Shown here piece after piece: positions 10,765 through 19,755 of a DNA stretch of 64,000 nucleotides. Under the pieces are notes generated by a model, which saw only the letters and a program-made list of their open reading frames with translations, did no database searches and was not told the origin of the DNA. The translations under genes were made by a program, and so were the position numbers. The first letter of the stretch is position 1; each line of letters opens with the position of its first letter. The DNA is from a virus. The stretch lies in the IMG/VR virus record IMGVR_UViG_3300044591_002613. One strand, written 5' to 3'.

Positions 10765-11565
10765 ATGGCAAACGCAGCATTACTGGCAACATTAGGAGAC
10801 CAAACTTCGTCGCAAGCTGCGGGCGCAATTTCTGTATTAATGCCAGCAGGTGTTATATTGCCATATGGCGGTGGCACTGCGCCAACAGGCTGGTTACTGT
10901 GTGATGGCTCAGCAATCAGCCGAACTACTTATGCAAGTTTATTTGCTGCAATTGGAACATCGCACGGCTATGGTGATAATTCTACCACTTTCAATTTGCC
11001 CGATTTTCGCGGTAGATTTATGCGTGGTGTAGACGGAACAGCTAATAGAGATCCCGATAAAGGGACTAGAACATCAGCCGCAACCGGTGGTAACACTGGC
11101 AATAACGTCGGTAGTGCGCAAACAAACGCTACTGCTAAGAACGGATTAACAGCAAGTGCAGCTTCGGTGTCAACTTCTGTCAGTGGCGCAAAAAACCAAA
11201 TGAATGGAACTTCTGGAGGTCAAAGTGCTAGCCATTCACATGGAATTGGTACTGATGGATGGCATGATCACATGCAATATGTCACCGCAAATCCAGGCTT
11301 AGGACCATATAACACCAGGCATGACTATAATTATGATGCAAATAATCTTCAAATATACGATCATGTTCGCACAGGTGGTGGAGGCAGCCATTCCCACGGT
11401 GGTGGAACAGGCGGTCAAAGCGTAGACCACTCCCACTCTTGGGATTTTGGTGCGACAACTTTTTCTGCATCAGGGACAACTCCAGCACAAACTGTTACAG
11501 TAGGTAACGGAGATAATGAAACAAGGCCATTAAATATAAACGTTAACTATATTATCAAGGTATAG
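10765..11565 (+). CDS. Tail collar / short fibre protein 3
   Basis: Collar motif, RDPD..R....GGN.G.NVGS, HxH motifs, ETRP.N..VNYIIK. Confidence 0.85.
   Translation: MANAALLATLGDQTSSQAAGAISVLMPAGVILPYGGGTAPTGWLLCDGSAISRTTYASLFAAIGTSHGYGDNSTTFNLPDFRGRFMRGVDGTANRDPDKGTRTSAATGGNTGNNVGSAQTNATAKNGLTASAASVSTSVSGAKNQMNGTSGGQSASHSHGIGTDGWHDHMQYVTANPGLGPYNTRHDYNYDANNLQIYDHVRTGGGGSHSHGGGTGGQSVDHSHSWDFGATTFSASGTTPAQTVTVGNGDNETRPLNINVNYIIKV
11456..11496 (+). repeat. Exact 41 bp repeat, copy 1 (copy 2 at 12248..12288)
   Basis: CAACTTTTTCTGCATCAGGGACAACTCCAGCACAAACTGTT is identical in collar genes 3 and 4. Confidence 0.9.
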
Positions 11566-11568
11566 AAA

Positions 11569-12357
11569 ATGTCTAACAGTGCAATTTCTGGACTTACAAT
11601 TATCGATTTTCCAGCAGGAATGATTATGCCATATGCCGGCACATCAACGCCGGCAGGTTGGTTGGAGTGTAATGGTGCAGAAGTTGATGTTTCTGCATAT
11701 CCAACTCTCGCCGCTGCTCTTGGAACTACTTGGAATAATGCTAAAAACCCTTTAACTGGCGCAACATATGCAAACCCGGCAGCTGGTAGGTTTCGTTTAC
11801 CAGACTTACGAGGTTCGTTTTTACGAGGATCTTCTGGCGGAGCTAATAACGCGCAAGGCGTTGCAACAGGATTAGCAGAGTTCCAAGGAAATAAAACAGC
11901 TAAAAATGGATTAACAGCAACAGCCGCATCAGTAACAACTTCTGTGAGTGGTTTAAAAAATCAATTAAATGGAAGTTCTGGCGGTATGTCTGCTAATACA
12001 ACACACGGACATGGAATTTCAGATCCCGGCCATGGCCATGCGCACGGTATCGATACAACCCAAGGATATGCAGTTGGTACGCCTATTTCTGCAACAAGCG
12101 GAGCTACTGGTTTTCAAGGAGGTACGTTTTCTGATCGAGGTGCTACAACAACTGGATCAGGATTTGTGAGAAACGGCGGCACAGGAATTTCAGTTAATGG
12201 ATCTGCCGATTTAAACCACTCCCACTCGTGGGATTTTGGCGGTTCTGCAACTTTTTCTGCATCAGGGACAACTCCAGCACAAACTGTTTCTGTGGGAAAT
12301 GGTGATGCCGAAACAAGACCTGATGCAGTTGGTGTTAGATATTTGATTAAAATTTAA
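11569..12357 (+). CDS. Tail collar / short fibre protein 4
   Basis: Collar motif PAG.IMPYAG..TPAGWLECNG...LPDLRG, HxH motifs, ETRP..VRYLIK. Confidence 0.85.
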   Translation: MSNSAISGLTIIDFPAGMIMPYAGTSTPAGWLECNGAEVDVSAYPTLAAALGTTWNNAKNPLTGATYANPAAGRFRLPDLRGSFLRGSSGGANNAQGVATGLAEFQGNKTAKNGLTATAASVTTSVSGLKNQLNGSSGGMSANTTHGHGISDPGHGHAHGIDTTQGYAVGTPISATSGATGFQGGTFSDRGATTTGSGFVRNGGTGISVNGSADLNHSHSWDFGGSATFSASGTTPAQTVSVGNGDAETRPDAVGVRYLIKI

Positions 12358-12366
12358 GGATTTACC

Positions 12367-12702
12367 ATGGCATTTTATACATCTAAATTTAAACCAACGC
12401 CAGTATTCATGAAGGATTTTTACCTTCAATATTACACAGTTGTTATTACATCTAGTGTAGCTCTAACAGATTTGCCAGTAAATTATCTTTATATTTGCAA
12501 CTCGGCATCAGCAATCACAATCACTCTGCCTTCGGCAGTTAATAAAGATGGTTGCGTTTTATTTTTTAAAAATGTAAATACTGGTAATGTAACTGTTGAT
12601 GGCAATGGGTCGCAAACAATTGATGGACAGTTAACACAAATTTTGCCACAATATTCTTCATTCGAGCTTGTGGCATTTAATGGGAACTGGTTTATTAAAT
12701 GA
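12367..12702 (+). CDS. Stand-alone fibre adaptor-like domain protein
   Basis: AITITLP...FFKN....VTVDGNGSQTIDG...GNWFI resembles the C-termini of 2..853 and 7388..10039. Confidence 0.6.
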   Translation: MAFYTSKFKPTPVFMKDFYLQYYTVVITSSVALTDLPVNYLYICNSASAITITLPSAVNKDGCVLFFKNVNTGNVTVDGNGSQTIDGQLTQILPQYSSFELVAFNGNWFIK

Positions 12703-13433
12703 CGTTAATGAACTTTGTACCAACCGGAACAATCCTTCCAACTGGAGAATCAACAATTCCAGCTGGTTGGCTATTGTGTGATGGATCTGCAGTTAGTAGA
12801 ACTATATATGCAGATTTATTTGGCATGATTGGTACAAACTGGGGAAACGGTGACGGCACCACTACTTTCCATCTACCCGATTTGCGGGGTCGATTTTTAA
12901 GAGGCCGCGACGGTGGAATAGGTCGAGATCCAGACAGATCAACAAGAGTAGCTGCTAATCCCGGTGGCAACGCTGGTGATAATGTTGGCAGCATAGAAGA
13001 CCACGCTTATAAAACTCACAACCATGGCGTTAGTGTTGCCGGCGGTACTACCGGCGGCGAAAGTAATGGCCATATCCATGGTAGTGGTTGGGTATCGCAC
13101 GATCATGGCCATTATATGCCGGCGCAAGGAAATCATTCGCACTGGCATAATGATGCATATTTTGCCGAAGCTGGAGCTGGAAACCAAGGTATTCGCGGCG
13201 AAGGTTATGGCTCTGACTGGGACAACCGTCCACATTATCGATGGATTACATGGAATTGGGCCGGCTGGCATGGACACAGTATGGATGGTAGAAATACAGA
13301 CCACAGGCATTGGGTTGGCGGTCGCGATGCAGGTCATACACACGGAGTGACTTCTTCTGTTTCGGTAACAAATAGTGGCGGTAATGAAACGCGACCCAAA
13401 AATATAATTTTACATTACATGATAAAAGTATGA
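12699..13433 (+). CDS. Tail collar / His-rich needle protein 5
   Basis: Collar motif, about 7 HxH motifs, ETRPKN..HYMIK. Confidence 0.85.
   Translation: MTLMNFVPTGTILPTGESTIPAGWLLCDGSAVSRTIYADLFGMIGTNWGNGDGTTTFHLPDLRGRFLRGRDGGIGRDPDRSTRVAANPGGNAGDNVGSIEDHAYKTHNHGVSVAGGTTGGESNGHIHGSGWVSHDHGHYMPAQGNHSHWHNDAYFAEAGAGNQGIRGEGYGSDWDNRPHYRWITWNWAGWHGHSMDGRNTDHRHWVGGRDAGHTHGVTSSVSVTNSGGNETRPKNIILHYMIKV
12758..12813 (+). repeat. Exact 56 bp repeat, copy 1 (copy 2 at 13489..13544)
   Basis: TCCAGCTGGTTGGCTATTGTGTGATGGATCTGCAGTTAGTAGAACTATATATGCAG is identical in collar genes 5 and 6. Confidence 0.9.
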
Positions 13434-14170
13434 CGTTTTTTAAAACAGTTCCACCAGGTACAATTCTTCCTTTTGCTGGCACCGCTGCTCCAGCTGGTTG
13501 GCTATTGTGTGATGGATCTGCAGTTAGTAGAACTATATATGCAGTATTATTTTCAAAAATTTCTACAAATTTTGGTAATGGAGATGGTTCTACAACATTT
13601 CATTTGCCAGATATGCGTGGAAGGTTTGAACGATCACGAGATCATGGTACAAATAGAGACCCCGATAAAATAACACGCACGGCTGCAAATCCTGGCGGTA
13701 ACACTGGTGATAATGTTGGTAGTGCCCAAGACCATAACTACGCATCTCATGGCCATACTAATACTAATAGTATTTCGACTGGTGGAGAAAGTGTAGACCA
13801 TAACCATGGCGATTCGGCTTGGGAATCTGCATATGGTAACCATGCACATGGTGTAAATGGAAATGGAGATCATCAACACGGTTCCGATGACGCATACTAT
13901 TCAGAAAATTATAATGGCGGTGGTGGCTACTATGGTTCAAACCACGGCGGTGATTTTGATAATAGTGCAGACTCTACATCTCAGACTGCCAATAATGCGG
14001 GTTGGCACAACCATGGTACTGATGGTGTTTGGCAGGACCATTACCACGCAACCGGTACTGTTTCTGCATGGCATACTCATTCAGTTCCATTTTCATTAAC
14101 GATTAATACAGATGGTGGAAATGAAACAAGGCCAATAAACGCTAATATTAATTATGTGATAAAAATATGA
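13430..14170 (+). CDS. Tail collar / His-rich needle protein 6
   Basis: Collar motif, HxH series, ATGA overlaps with neighbours. Confidence 0.85.
   Translation: MTFFKTVPPGTILPFAGTAAPAGWLLCDGSAVSRTIYAVLFSKISTNFGNGDGSTTFHLPDMRGRFERSRDHGTNRDPDKITRTAANPGGNTGDNVGSAQDHNYASHGHTNTNSISTGGESVDHNHGDSAWESAYGNHAHGVNGNGDHQHGSDDAYYSENYNGGGGYYGSNHGGDFDNSADSTSQTANNAGWHNHGTDGVWQDHYHATGTVSAWHTHSVPFSLTINTDGGNETRPINANINYVIKI
13685..13724 (+). repeat. Exact 40 bp repeat, copy 1 (copy 2 at 14422..14461)
   Basis: GCAAATCCTGGCGGTAACACTGGTGATAATGTTGGTAGTG is identical in collar genes 6 and 7. Confidence 0.9.
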
Positions 14171-14895
14171 CCGTATTTAATACATTACCCCCAGGAATAG
14201 TTGTTCCGTTTGGTGGCTCGTCTGCACCACCAGGCTGGCTGCTGTGCGACGGTTCTCCGGTAAGCAGGACTGTATACCAAAATCTTTTTTTATCAATCGG
14301 AACAGTTTGGGGAAATGGAGACGGCTCTACAACATTTCATCTACCCGATTTACGCGGTCGGTTTTTACGCGGAAAAGATGGCGGCATAGGAAGAGATCCA
14401 GACCGAACTACAAGAACTGCCGCAAATCCTGGCGGTAACACTGGTGATAATGTTGGTAGTGTTCAAGATAATGCGCATGGACACGATCATGCAAATACCA
14501 GATCAGCCACCTCGGCTACTCCAAGTGTAAACCATACACATGGAAATACTGGGTGGATTAGTAATAATCATGGCCATTACATTTACGGAAATAATGACCA
14601 TACGCATTGGCGTTCAGATGCTCATTTTAGCTCTCCGCCGAGCGCAAGTTTATTTGGCACAAATCAAAGATACGACTCTGATAATGGACGATATACTCAT
14701 GGAATTAACTCAAATACAACCGGAAACCATGAGCACTGGACAGCTGGAATTGACACAAATCACCAACATAATAGCGGTGGCAGATCTGCAGATCATACTC
14801 ACGTGGCTACAGCCGGTGTTACGATCAATAGTAATGGCACAACAACCGAAACTAGACCTTTAAATGCAAACGTAAATTATATTATAAAAATATAA
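14167..14895 (+). CDS. Tail collar / His-rich needle protein 7
   Basis: Collar motif, HxH series, ETRPLNANVNYIIK. Confidence 0.85.
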   Translation: MTVFNTLPPGIVVPFGGSSAPPGWLLCDGSPVSRTVYQNLFLSIGTVWGNGDGSTTFHLPDLRGRFLRGKDGGIGRDPDRTTRTAANPGGNTGDNVGSVQDNAHGHDHANTRSATSATPSVNHTHGNTGWISNNHGHYIYGNNDHTHWRSDAHFSSPPSASLFGTNQRYDSDNGRYTHGINSNTTGNHEHWTAGIDTNHQHNSGGRSADHTHVATAGVTINSNGTTTETRPLNANVNYIIKI

Positions 14896-14915
14896 TAAAT
14901 GGTTAGGAGCGTAAT

Positions 14916-15533
14916 ATGAAAATTATTATTAAAAAAGGCGAGCCTCTTTGGAACTCTGATGGTTTTCATGTTTTAGATGACAGAGGTTTTGCAGTCGTTA
15001 GCGAAGAACTTCATAAAGAAATAATCATTACAAATCCAGAAGCGGTCGAAAGAGTAAAAAAATCTTTGCGCCGTGACCGCTGGGATGAAATTTATGTTTT
15101 GGCATTAAATAGCACAGAACAATTTTTGCAAGAAAAGCAAGAGCAACTTCTTGATTACGAAGAAGAGCAAAAAAAAATTGAAACTGAACAATTACAAAAA
15201 TCAGAAGAACAATTAAAAATGGAACTTCAAGTGCGCCAGCAAGAACTCGAAGCTCAACGATTGGCATTTGAAATTCAACGTCGCGCAGAACAAGCAGAGC
15301 GTGATGCAGAAATGGCTCGTATACTCCAGGAACAAAAAGAAAAAGACGAAAAAGCCATAGCTGATTCCGAAGTTGAGATGGCTCGTCTTCGTGCTCAAAC
15401 CGAACCAATTATTGCAGAGCGCAAAGCTCGAGAAAAGGCTGAAGCTGAAGCCGCTGCCGCTGAAAAACTAGCACAAGAAGAGCTAATCAAGCAGCTATTA
15501 GAACGAATTGATTCTCTTGAAAAAAGTAAATAA
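14916..15533 (+). CDS. Coiled-coil (E/K/Q-rich) protein
   Basis: RBS AGGAG; long charged helical composition. Confidence 0.6.
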   Translation: MKIIIKKGEPLWNSDGFHVLDDRGFAVVSEELHKEIIITNPEAVERVKKSLRRDRWDEIYVLALNSTEQFLQEKQEQLLDYEEEQKKIETEQLQKSEEQLKMELQVRQQELEAQRLAFEIQRRAEQAERDAEMARILQEQKEKDEKAIADSEVEMARLRAQTEPIIAERKAREKAEAEAAAAEKLAQEELIKQLLERIDSLEKSK

Positions 15534-15545
15534 TTGAGGGAATAT

Positions 15546-16535
15546 ATGAAACTCCAAAAATTAATTGTAAAAGATGTAAAAGATCTTTTGCCGGGTAGTG
15601 AAATTGAAATTGACAGTAATTTTATTATTCAAGATAATAAAGTTATTTCGTATGGAATTGAATCAAAATATATTTCCGAAGAAACAATTAATCCCGAAGA
15701 CGATAAAGAAAAACAAAAACTAGAAGAAGCCAAAAGAAAAAAAGAAGAAGAACTACAAGAATTTAAAGAAAAACGACAAATTAGATGTGGAAGGCATTAT
15801 CTCCATCAAGAACATGGAATGATCGCAATTCCTCAATCTGAAGAAAAGTTTTTTGAAACTAATACAAGTATGTATTTAAAGAAACTTTTTTCTAACTTCT
15901 TTGAAAAGAGTGATCTTTTAAGAGAAAAATTCAAAAGAAATAAACGCGCATATTTGCTTTATTCTGAACCGGGTATGGGTAAATCTGCTCTTATTCGTAA
16001 TTTTACCGAGTATGTTCTTCAAAATGAAGGTACAGCGGTAGTCCAAGTTGATGGCGATATTAACTTTAATATGCTTACCCACATCTTTTTAAGTCCATAC
16101 GCAGAAGATGTTAAACGTATTATTGTGGTTATTGAAGACTTTGGCAAAAAAGATTCCGTACAGAATTCAACCGTATTTAATCCGTCATGCTTAAACTTTC
16201 TTGATGGCACTGCCGGTCTTTTTCGTGTTCCAACAATGATTCTTTGCACGACTAACTTTGCTAAACAACTAGGCCCACAACTAACTAATAGACCAGGTCG
16301 TTTTAATAAGCTTATTAAAGTGCTCCCCCCTTCTGATGAAGAAGTTTTTCAGTTAGTAGAAGGTGTGGGCAAAATTAAAATGACTGAGTCGCAAAAGTCT
16401 GCATTTCGTGGCAAGGGAATGACTCCAGACCATGTAATTGAAGCAATTGTTCGCCATGAGCTTGAAGAAATTACATTAGAGCAGTCTGTAAATGAAGTAT
16501 TATATGAACGAGAGGGAATGACGCAGTGGAATTAA
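15546..16535 (+). CDS. AAA+ ATPase
   Basis: Walker A variant SEPGMGKS, Walker B IVVIED, sensor TTN, arginine finger NRPGRF. Confidence 0.8.
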   Translation: MKLQKLIVKDVKDLLPGSEIEIDSNFIIQDNKVISYGIESKYISEETINPEDDKEKQKLEEAKRKKEEELQEFKEKRQIRCGRHYLHQEHGMIAIPQSEEKFFETNTSMYLKKLFSNFFEKSDLLREKFKRNKRAYLLYSEPGMGKSALIRNFTEYVLQNEGTAVVQVDGDINFNMLTHIFLSPYAEDVKRIIVVIEDFGKKDSVQNSTVFNPSCLNFLDGTAGLFRVPTMILCTTNFAKQLGPQLTNRPGRFNKLIKVLPPSDEEVFQLVEGVGKIKMTESQKSAFRGKGMTPDHVIEAIVRHELEEITLEQSVNEVLYEREGMTQWN

Positions 16536-16536
16536 A

Positions 16537-16833
16537 ATGGCTAATTATCAAAGGGTAAGTGTACAATCTTTAAGATATTCTGCGGTGATCACTGATCCCG
16601 TAGAATTTGATATTGCGTCTGGTACAGTCATTGTCGACTATACCGACGCAGCTTTTTATTATATCGATGTACTGAATCCATCAGCCACTCCATTTGTTTT
16701 AAATGCTAACCAAGTCCATTTGTCTAACAATCTCCAAGTAAATGCGGACTATAATGTTATAGGAACTATATATACCGAAGATTCGGATATTTACGGAACC
16801 GGTGATATTTATGGTTCTGGAGATGTAGTGTAA
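16537..16833 (+). CDS. Hypothetical virion-associated protein
   Basis: Tightly packed ORF in the tail block; ends in a DIYG.G tandem. Confidence 0.5.
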   Translation: MANYQRVSVQSLRYSAVITDPVEFDIASGTVIVDYTDAAFYYIDVLNPSATPFVLNANQVHLSNNLQVNADYNVIGTIYTEDSDIYGTGDIYGSGDVV

Positions 16834-17738
16834 TGGCAAAAATATATGGCGCAACAAAATTAGATCCAGTTAATGCACCGATTGGCATTGTTTCCGACGG
16901 TGTTGCTGTAATTTTGCCGCAAGGCTTTACAATTCCTGCAGGAAAAGATGCCGCTATAGGGCGTAATTTGACGGTCGGCGGATCGCTCTCTGTTACTGGC
17001 ACTATCACACTGTCTGGTGCTGTTAATACAATATCTAATACCACTAATCTGAGTACTTTAAACGTTTCTAGTGCCGCAACATTCAGCTCTACCATTGCTA
17101 TCAATGGCAGCATAAATTCAAATGTAGTCCCAGATTCTAACGTCAGAAACTTTGGTAGCTTGTCGGTAAGATGGGGTACGGGATTCTTTTCTACAGTTAA
17201 TGCAACAGCAATAACCGCCGACACGCTATCAGTATCTACATCGTTATCTTCCAGTGCCGGATTATCAGTTACCGGCACCACGGCCTTGACTGGTGATTTA
17301 ACTTGCACTGGCTCAGCCTTGCCAAAAGAACTAAAAATTAATAATCCTGCAGATACAAATAATACTCAAAACACGGCGCTGGGTTTTTTTGCAGAAGGTT
17401 CTTTTATAGGGGCTTTAACAGGCTGTACTACCAATCCAACTGCTGTTTTTAGATATATTCGTATAGGCAGAACAGTAATATTATCAGGTTCCCCAACTCT
17501 AGAAGCAACTAGTAATAGCGGAACTATGACAATTACCGGACTCCCTGCATTCTTAAATCCATTGAATGATAAGAATATGCCGCATATTATTAAAGATAAC
17601 GGTGTATTAGCTCAGGGTAAAGTAAAAATAACAAGTGGCGGAGTTATTACTCTACATAAAGACGCCGCTGAAACAGCATTTACATCGTCGGGAACAAAGG
17701 GAATAGTTGGATTATCTTGTTATTATATAATTGATTAA
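16833..17738 (+). CDS. Fibre-like protein
   Basis: LTVGGSLSVTG beta repeats; C-terminal EG.F...Y.RIG..V domain like the end of 2241..4937. Confidence 0.6.
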   Translation: MAKIYGATKLDPVNAPIGIVSDGVAVILPQGFTIPAGKDAAIGRNLTVGGSLSVTGTITLSGAVNTISNTTNLSTLNVSSAATFSSTIAINGSINSNVVPDSNVRNFGSLSVRWGTGFFSTVNATAITADTLSVSTSLSSSAGLSVTGTTALTGDLTCTGSALPKELKINNPADTNNTQNTALGFFAEGSFIGALTGCTTNPTAVFRYIRIGRTVILSGSPTLEATSNSGTMTITGLPAFLNPLNDKNMPHIIKDNGVLAQGKVKITSGGVITLHKDAAETAFTSSGTKGIVGLSCYYIID

Positions 17739-17788
17739 CGCACTTCGTTTATATAATATAATTGATTAGAAACTCATTAGGAGCTGTC

Positions 17789-18322
17789 ATGGCTGGACAA
17801 ATTCCATCATTTTTAACAGGCGCGAACCTTGTTATTCGAATCGGTGATATTCGAGTGGCGTTTGCACAAAGCCTTTCATTTCAAAGAAATGTAGCCCATA
17901 CAGCAGTCATGGGTGTTGGCGCATACGATGTTCTTGCGTTAGAACCTACCAGCTTTGCGGCTAGCGGTTCGATGCAGATTTTGCGCTGGACTGATGATAT
18001 GCTCGAAAAACGTAAAAATGACAGAGATACTCTTCCCGAAAATATGGCATCTACAGCATCTAAGCCGGATCTTGTAGGTAACTCAATCGTTAGCGATACA
18101 GCCTTCAACCCCCAAAAACTTCTATTGTCAACGACATTTGACATTGAAGTCTATGAGAAAAAGGCAGACGAGGCGCAAGTAGAAGGTACTCTTTTATTTG
18201 TGTTGAAAGATTGTCGCATTCAAAACTATAACTTCAATTTCGTTCCCGGTGAGCTTTTGGTAGAGAATGTTTCGTTTCTTTGCCGAAGAATTGAAGACCG
18301 AATTGCAAAAGCAATTGACTAA
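17789..18322 (+). CDS. Tail tube-like protein 1
   Basis: FLTGAN..IRIG...VAFAQSLS...G......LEP....ASGS...FDIEVY...DCRI....G.L..ENVSF; RBS AGGAG before ATG 17789. Confidence 0.65.
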   Translation: MAGQIPSFLTGANLVIRIGDIRVAFAQSLSFQRNVAHTAVMGVGAYDVLALEPTSFAASGSMQILRWTDDMLEKRKNDRDTLPENMASTASKPDLVGNSIVSDTAFNPQKLLLSTTFDIEVYEKKADEAQVEGTLLFVLKDCRIQNYNFNFVPGELLVENVSFLCRRIEDRIAKAID

Positions 18323-18338
18323 TTAAAGAGAGGATAAT

Positions 18339-18992
18339 ATGTCCAACAAACTTCCATTATTTGCTTCTGCGCCTCTCTGTACAATTGAGATTAATAGTAC
18401 CAAAATTGCGTATGCAGTTGGTCTAAGCCTAAACGTTGGCATCTCTCTTCAAGAGATCCGTGTTCTTGGTCAATATGAACTAGAATCAATTGAACCAATG
18501 GCTATGATGCCCGTGACCGGTTCTTTTCAGGTTATTCGTCTACTTACCCAGACGCTTCGCACAGAAAATGTGGTTGCAGCGACAGCAGCGTCAAACTCTT
18601 TAGTAAGAACAAAAGAAGAGGTTGGCGACTTAAAAGGTCTTGCAAAAGATGCTGTAATTGCTAATTCATCCGTTTCTGAACAAGGCACTGGCGCTTTAAC
18701 CGGCAGTTCAGAGCTTGCCAAGCATCTTGATCCTCGTACTATTCTTTTGTCTAAATCATTTGATATTACTATCAAAATGAAAGTTCCATCTGTTAAGCAG
18801 GGAGATGATTGGGTTCAAGGCGCGGAAACAGTATTTATGGAAATCAAAGATTGCCGACTTTCTGGTGCTAGCGCTAGCATTTCTCCTGGCGCCTTGCTTA
18901 CGGAATCGGTAGAGTTCCAAGGACTGATTGCTATTCGTAAAAAAGCTAGTAATAGCGTTGAAGCTTCTAGTGTTAAGGTTAAGGATCTTTAA
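18339..18992 (+). CDS. Tail tube-like protein 2
   Basis: Paralog of 17789..18322 (IAYA..LS, LGQYE..SIEP, P...LLS..FDI, KDCRL, G.LL.E.V.F). Confidence 0.65.
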   Translation: MSNKLPLFASAPLCTIEINSTKIAYAVGLSLNVGISLQEIRVLGQYELESIEPMAMMPVTGSFQVIRLLTQTLRTENVVAATAASNSLVRTKEEVGDLKGLAKDAVIANSSVSEQGTGALTGSSELAKHLDPRTILLSKSFDITIKMKVPSVKQGDDWVQGAETVFMEIKDCRLSGASASISPGALLTESVEFQGLIAIRKKASNSVEASSVKVKDL

Positions 18993-19702
18993 TCTTTCCG
19001 CAGCGCCTTTTTAGCTTTCTCGAAGTCTCGTTCGTATAGATGTAAACTACCGGCATTACACATAATAATGCCGGTTTTTACGTTTAATTCATCCGCAATT
19101 TTAGTTTGTAGATAGTGCATAAATTCGATGTCGTATGGAACGCCTAAGAAAATATCCCAACTACGAAAATTAATAATACAAATTAACTCATCGTTACGAA
19201 TAATAAATTGATTATTAGCGCAACATGGCGTGTCCTTGTTCCCTTCCCAAAAGTTTTTAGACTCGCCGTAATGCATTATTGCTTGCCGGCTGTCTTTGTC
19301 ACGTTTGAGAGTTTTAACAACATACTCAAATCCAGTAATGCCCCCTCCCCCCTGGGTGGCGTATTTCTTATCGAATAGAGTTAGATAACCATAGTTGCTG
19401 GTAATATTTCCATGCTCGTCGGCAATTGTTTGCCAGAACTTAGCAGGCGCAGAGTCGGCTCTAAGATTACCGCTTAGGTACCAGTCAAGCTCTTTTTTAC
19501 AGTAGTTGTCGTAGATGGGTTGGCGTTCCGGCAGGCCAGTCTGTGTCCAATCTAGTTTTATCCCAAGGTTAGGATTAATGACAAATTGTTTACCTACTAG
19601 TTCATGGATCTTCTGTCCTCTGGGGGCAGAAACGAATTGCGGGTGGCTGTAAAGTTCTTCCAAAAGATTAAAATAAACGTCATGAAAATTAGCGTAAATC
19701 AT
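18989..19702 (-). CDS. Thymidylate synthase-fold protein, probable dCMP hydroxymethylase/methylase
   Basis: PRG, EL.WY.SG, SNYG, DSRQA, catalytic DTPCC, RSWDIFLGVPYD, GSLHLY; RBS AGAGGA before ATG 19702. Confidence 0.75.
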   Translation of the reverse strand: MIYANFHDVYFNLLEELYSHPQFVSAPRGQKIHELVGKQFVINPNLGIKLDWTQTGLPERQPIYDNYCKKELDWYLSGNLRADSAPAKFWQTIADEHGNITSNYGYLTLFDKKYATQGGGGITGFEYVVKTLKRDKDSRQAIMHYGESKNFWEGNKDTPCCANNQFIIRNDELICIINFRSWDIFLGVPYDIEFMHYLQTKIADELNVKTGIIMCNAGSLHLYERDFEKAKKALRKD

Positions 19703-19755
19703 GTATTTTCCTCTTTGATACATGGTACGATTTTATTAATACGGAGACAATACGC

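Noticed and set aside
9997-14895. Collar array as a shufflon or diversity-generating retroelement
   Set aside because: All genes are full length and co-oriented, with no inverted crossover sites, invertase, reverse transcriptase or adenine-specific template/variable pair.
18989-19723. Calling this gene thyA
   Set aside because: Asp at the Asn177-equivalent position and PCC in place of PCH argue against a canonical dUMP methylase.
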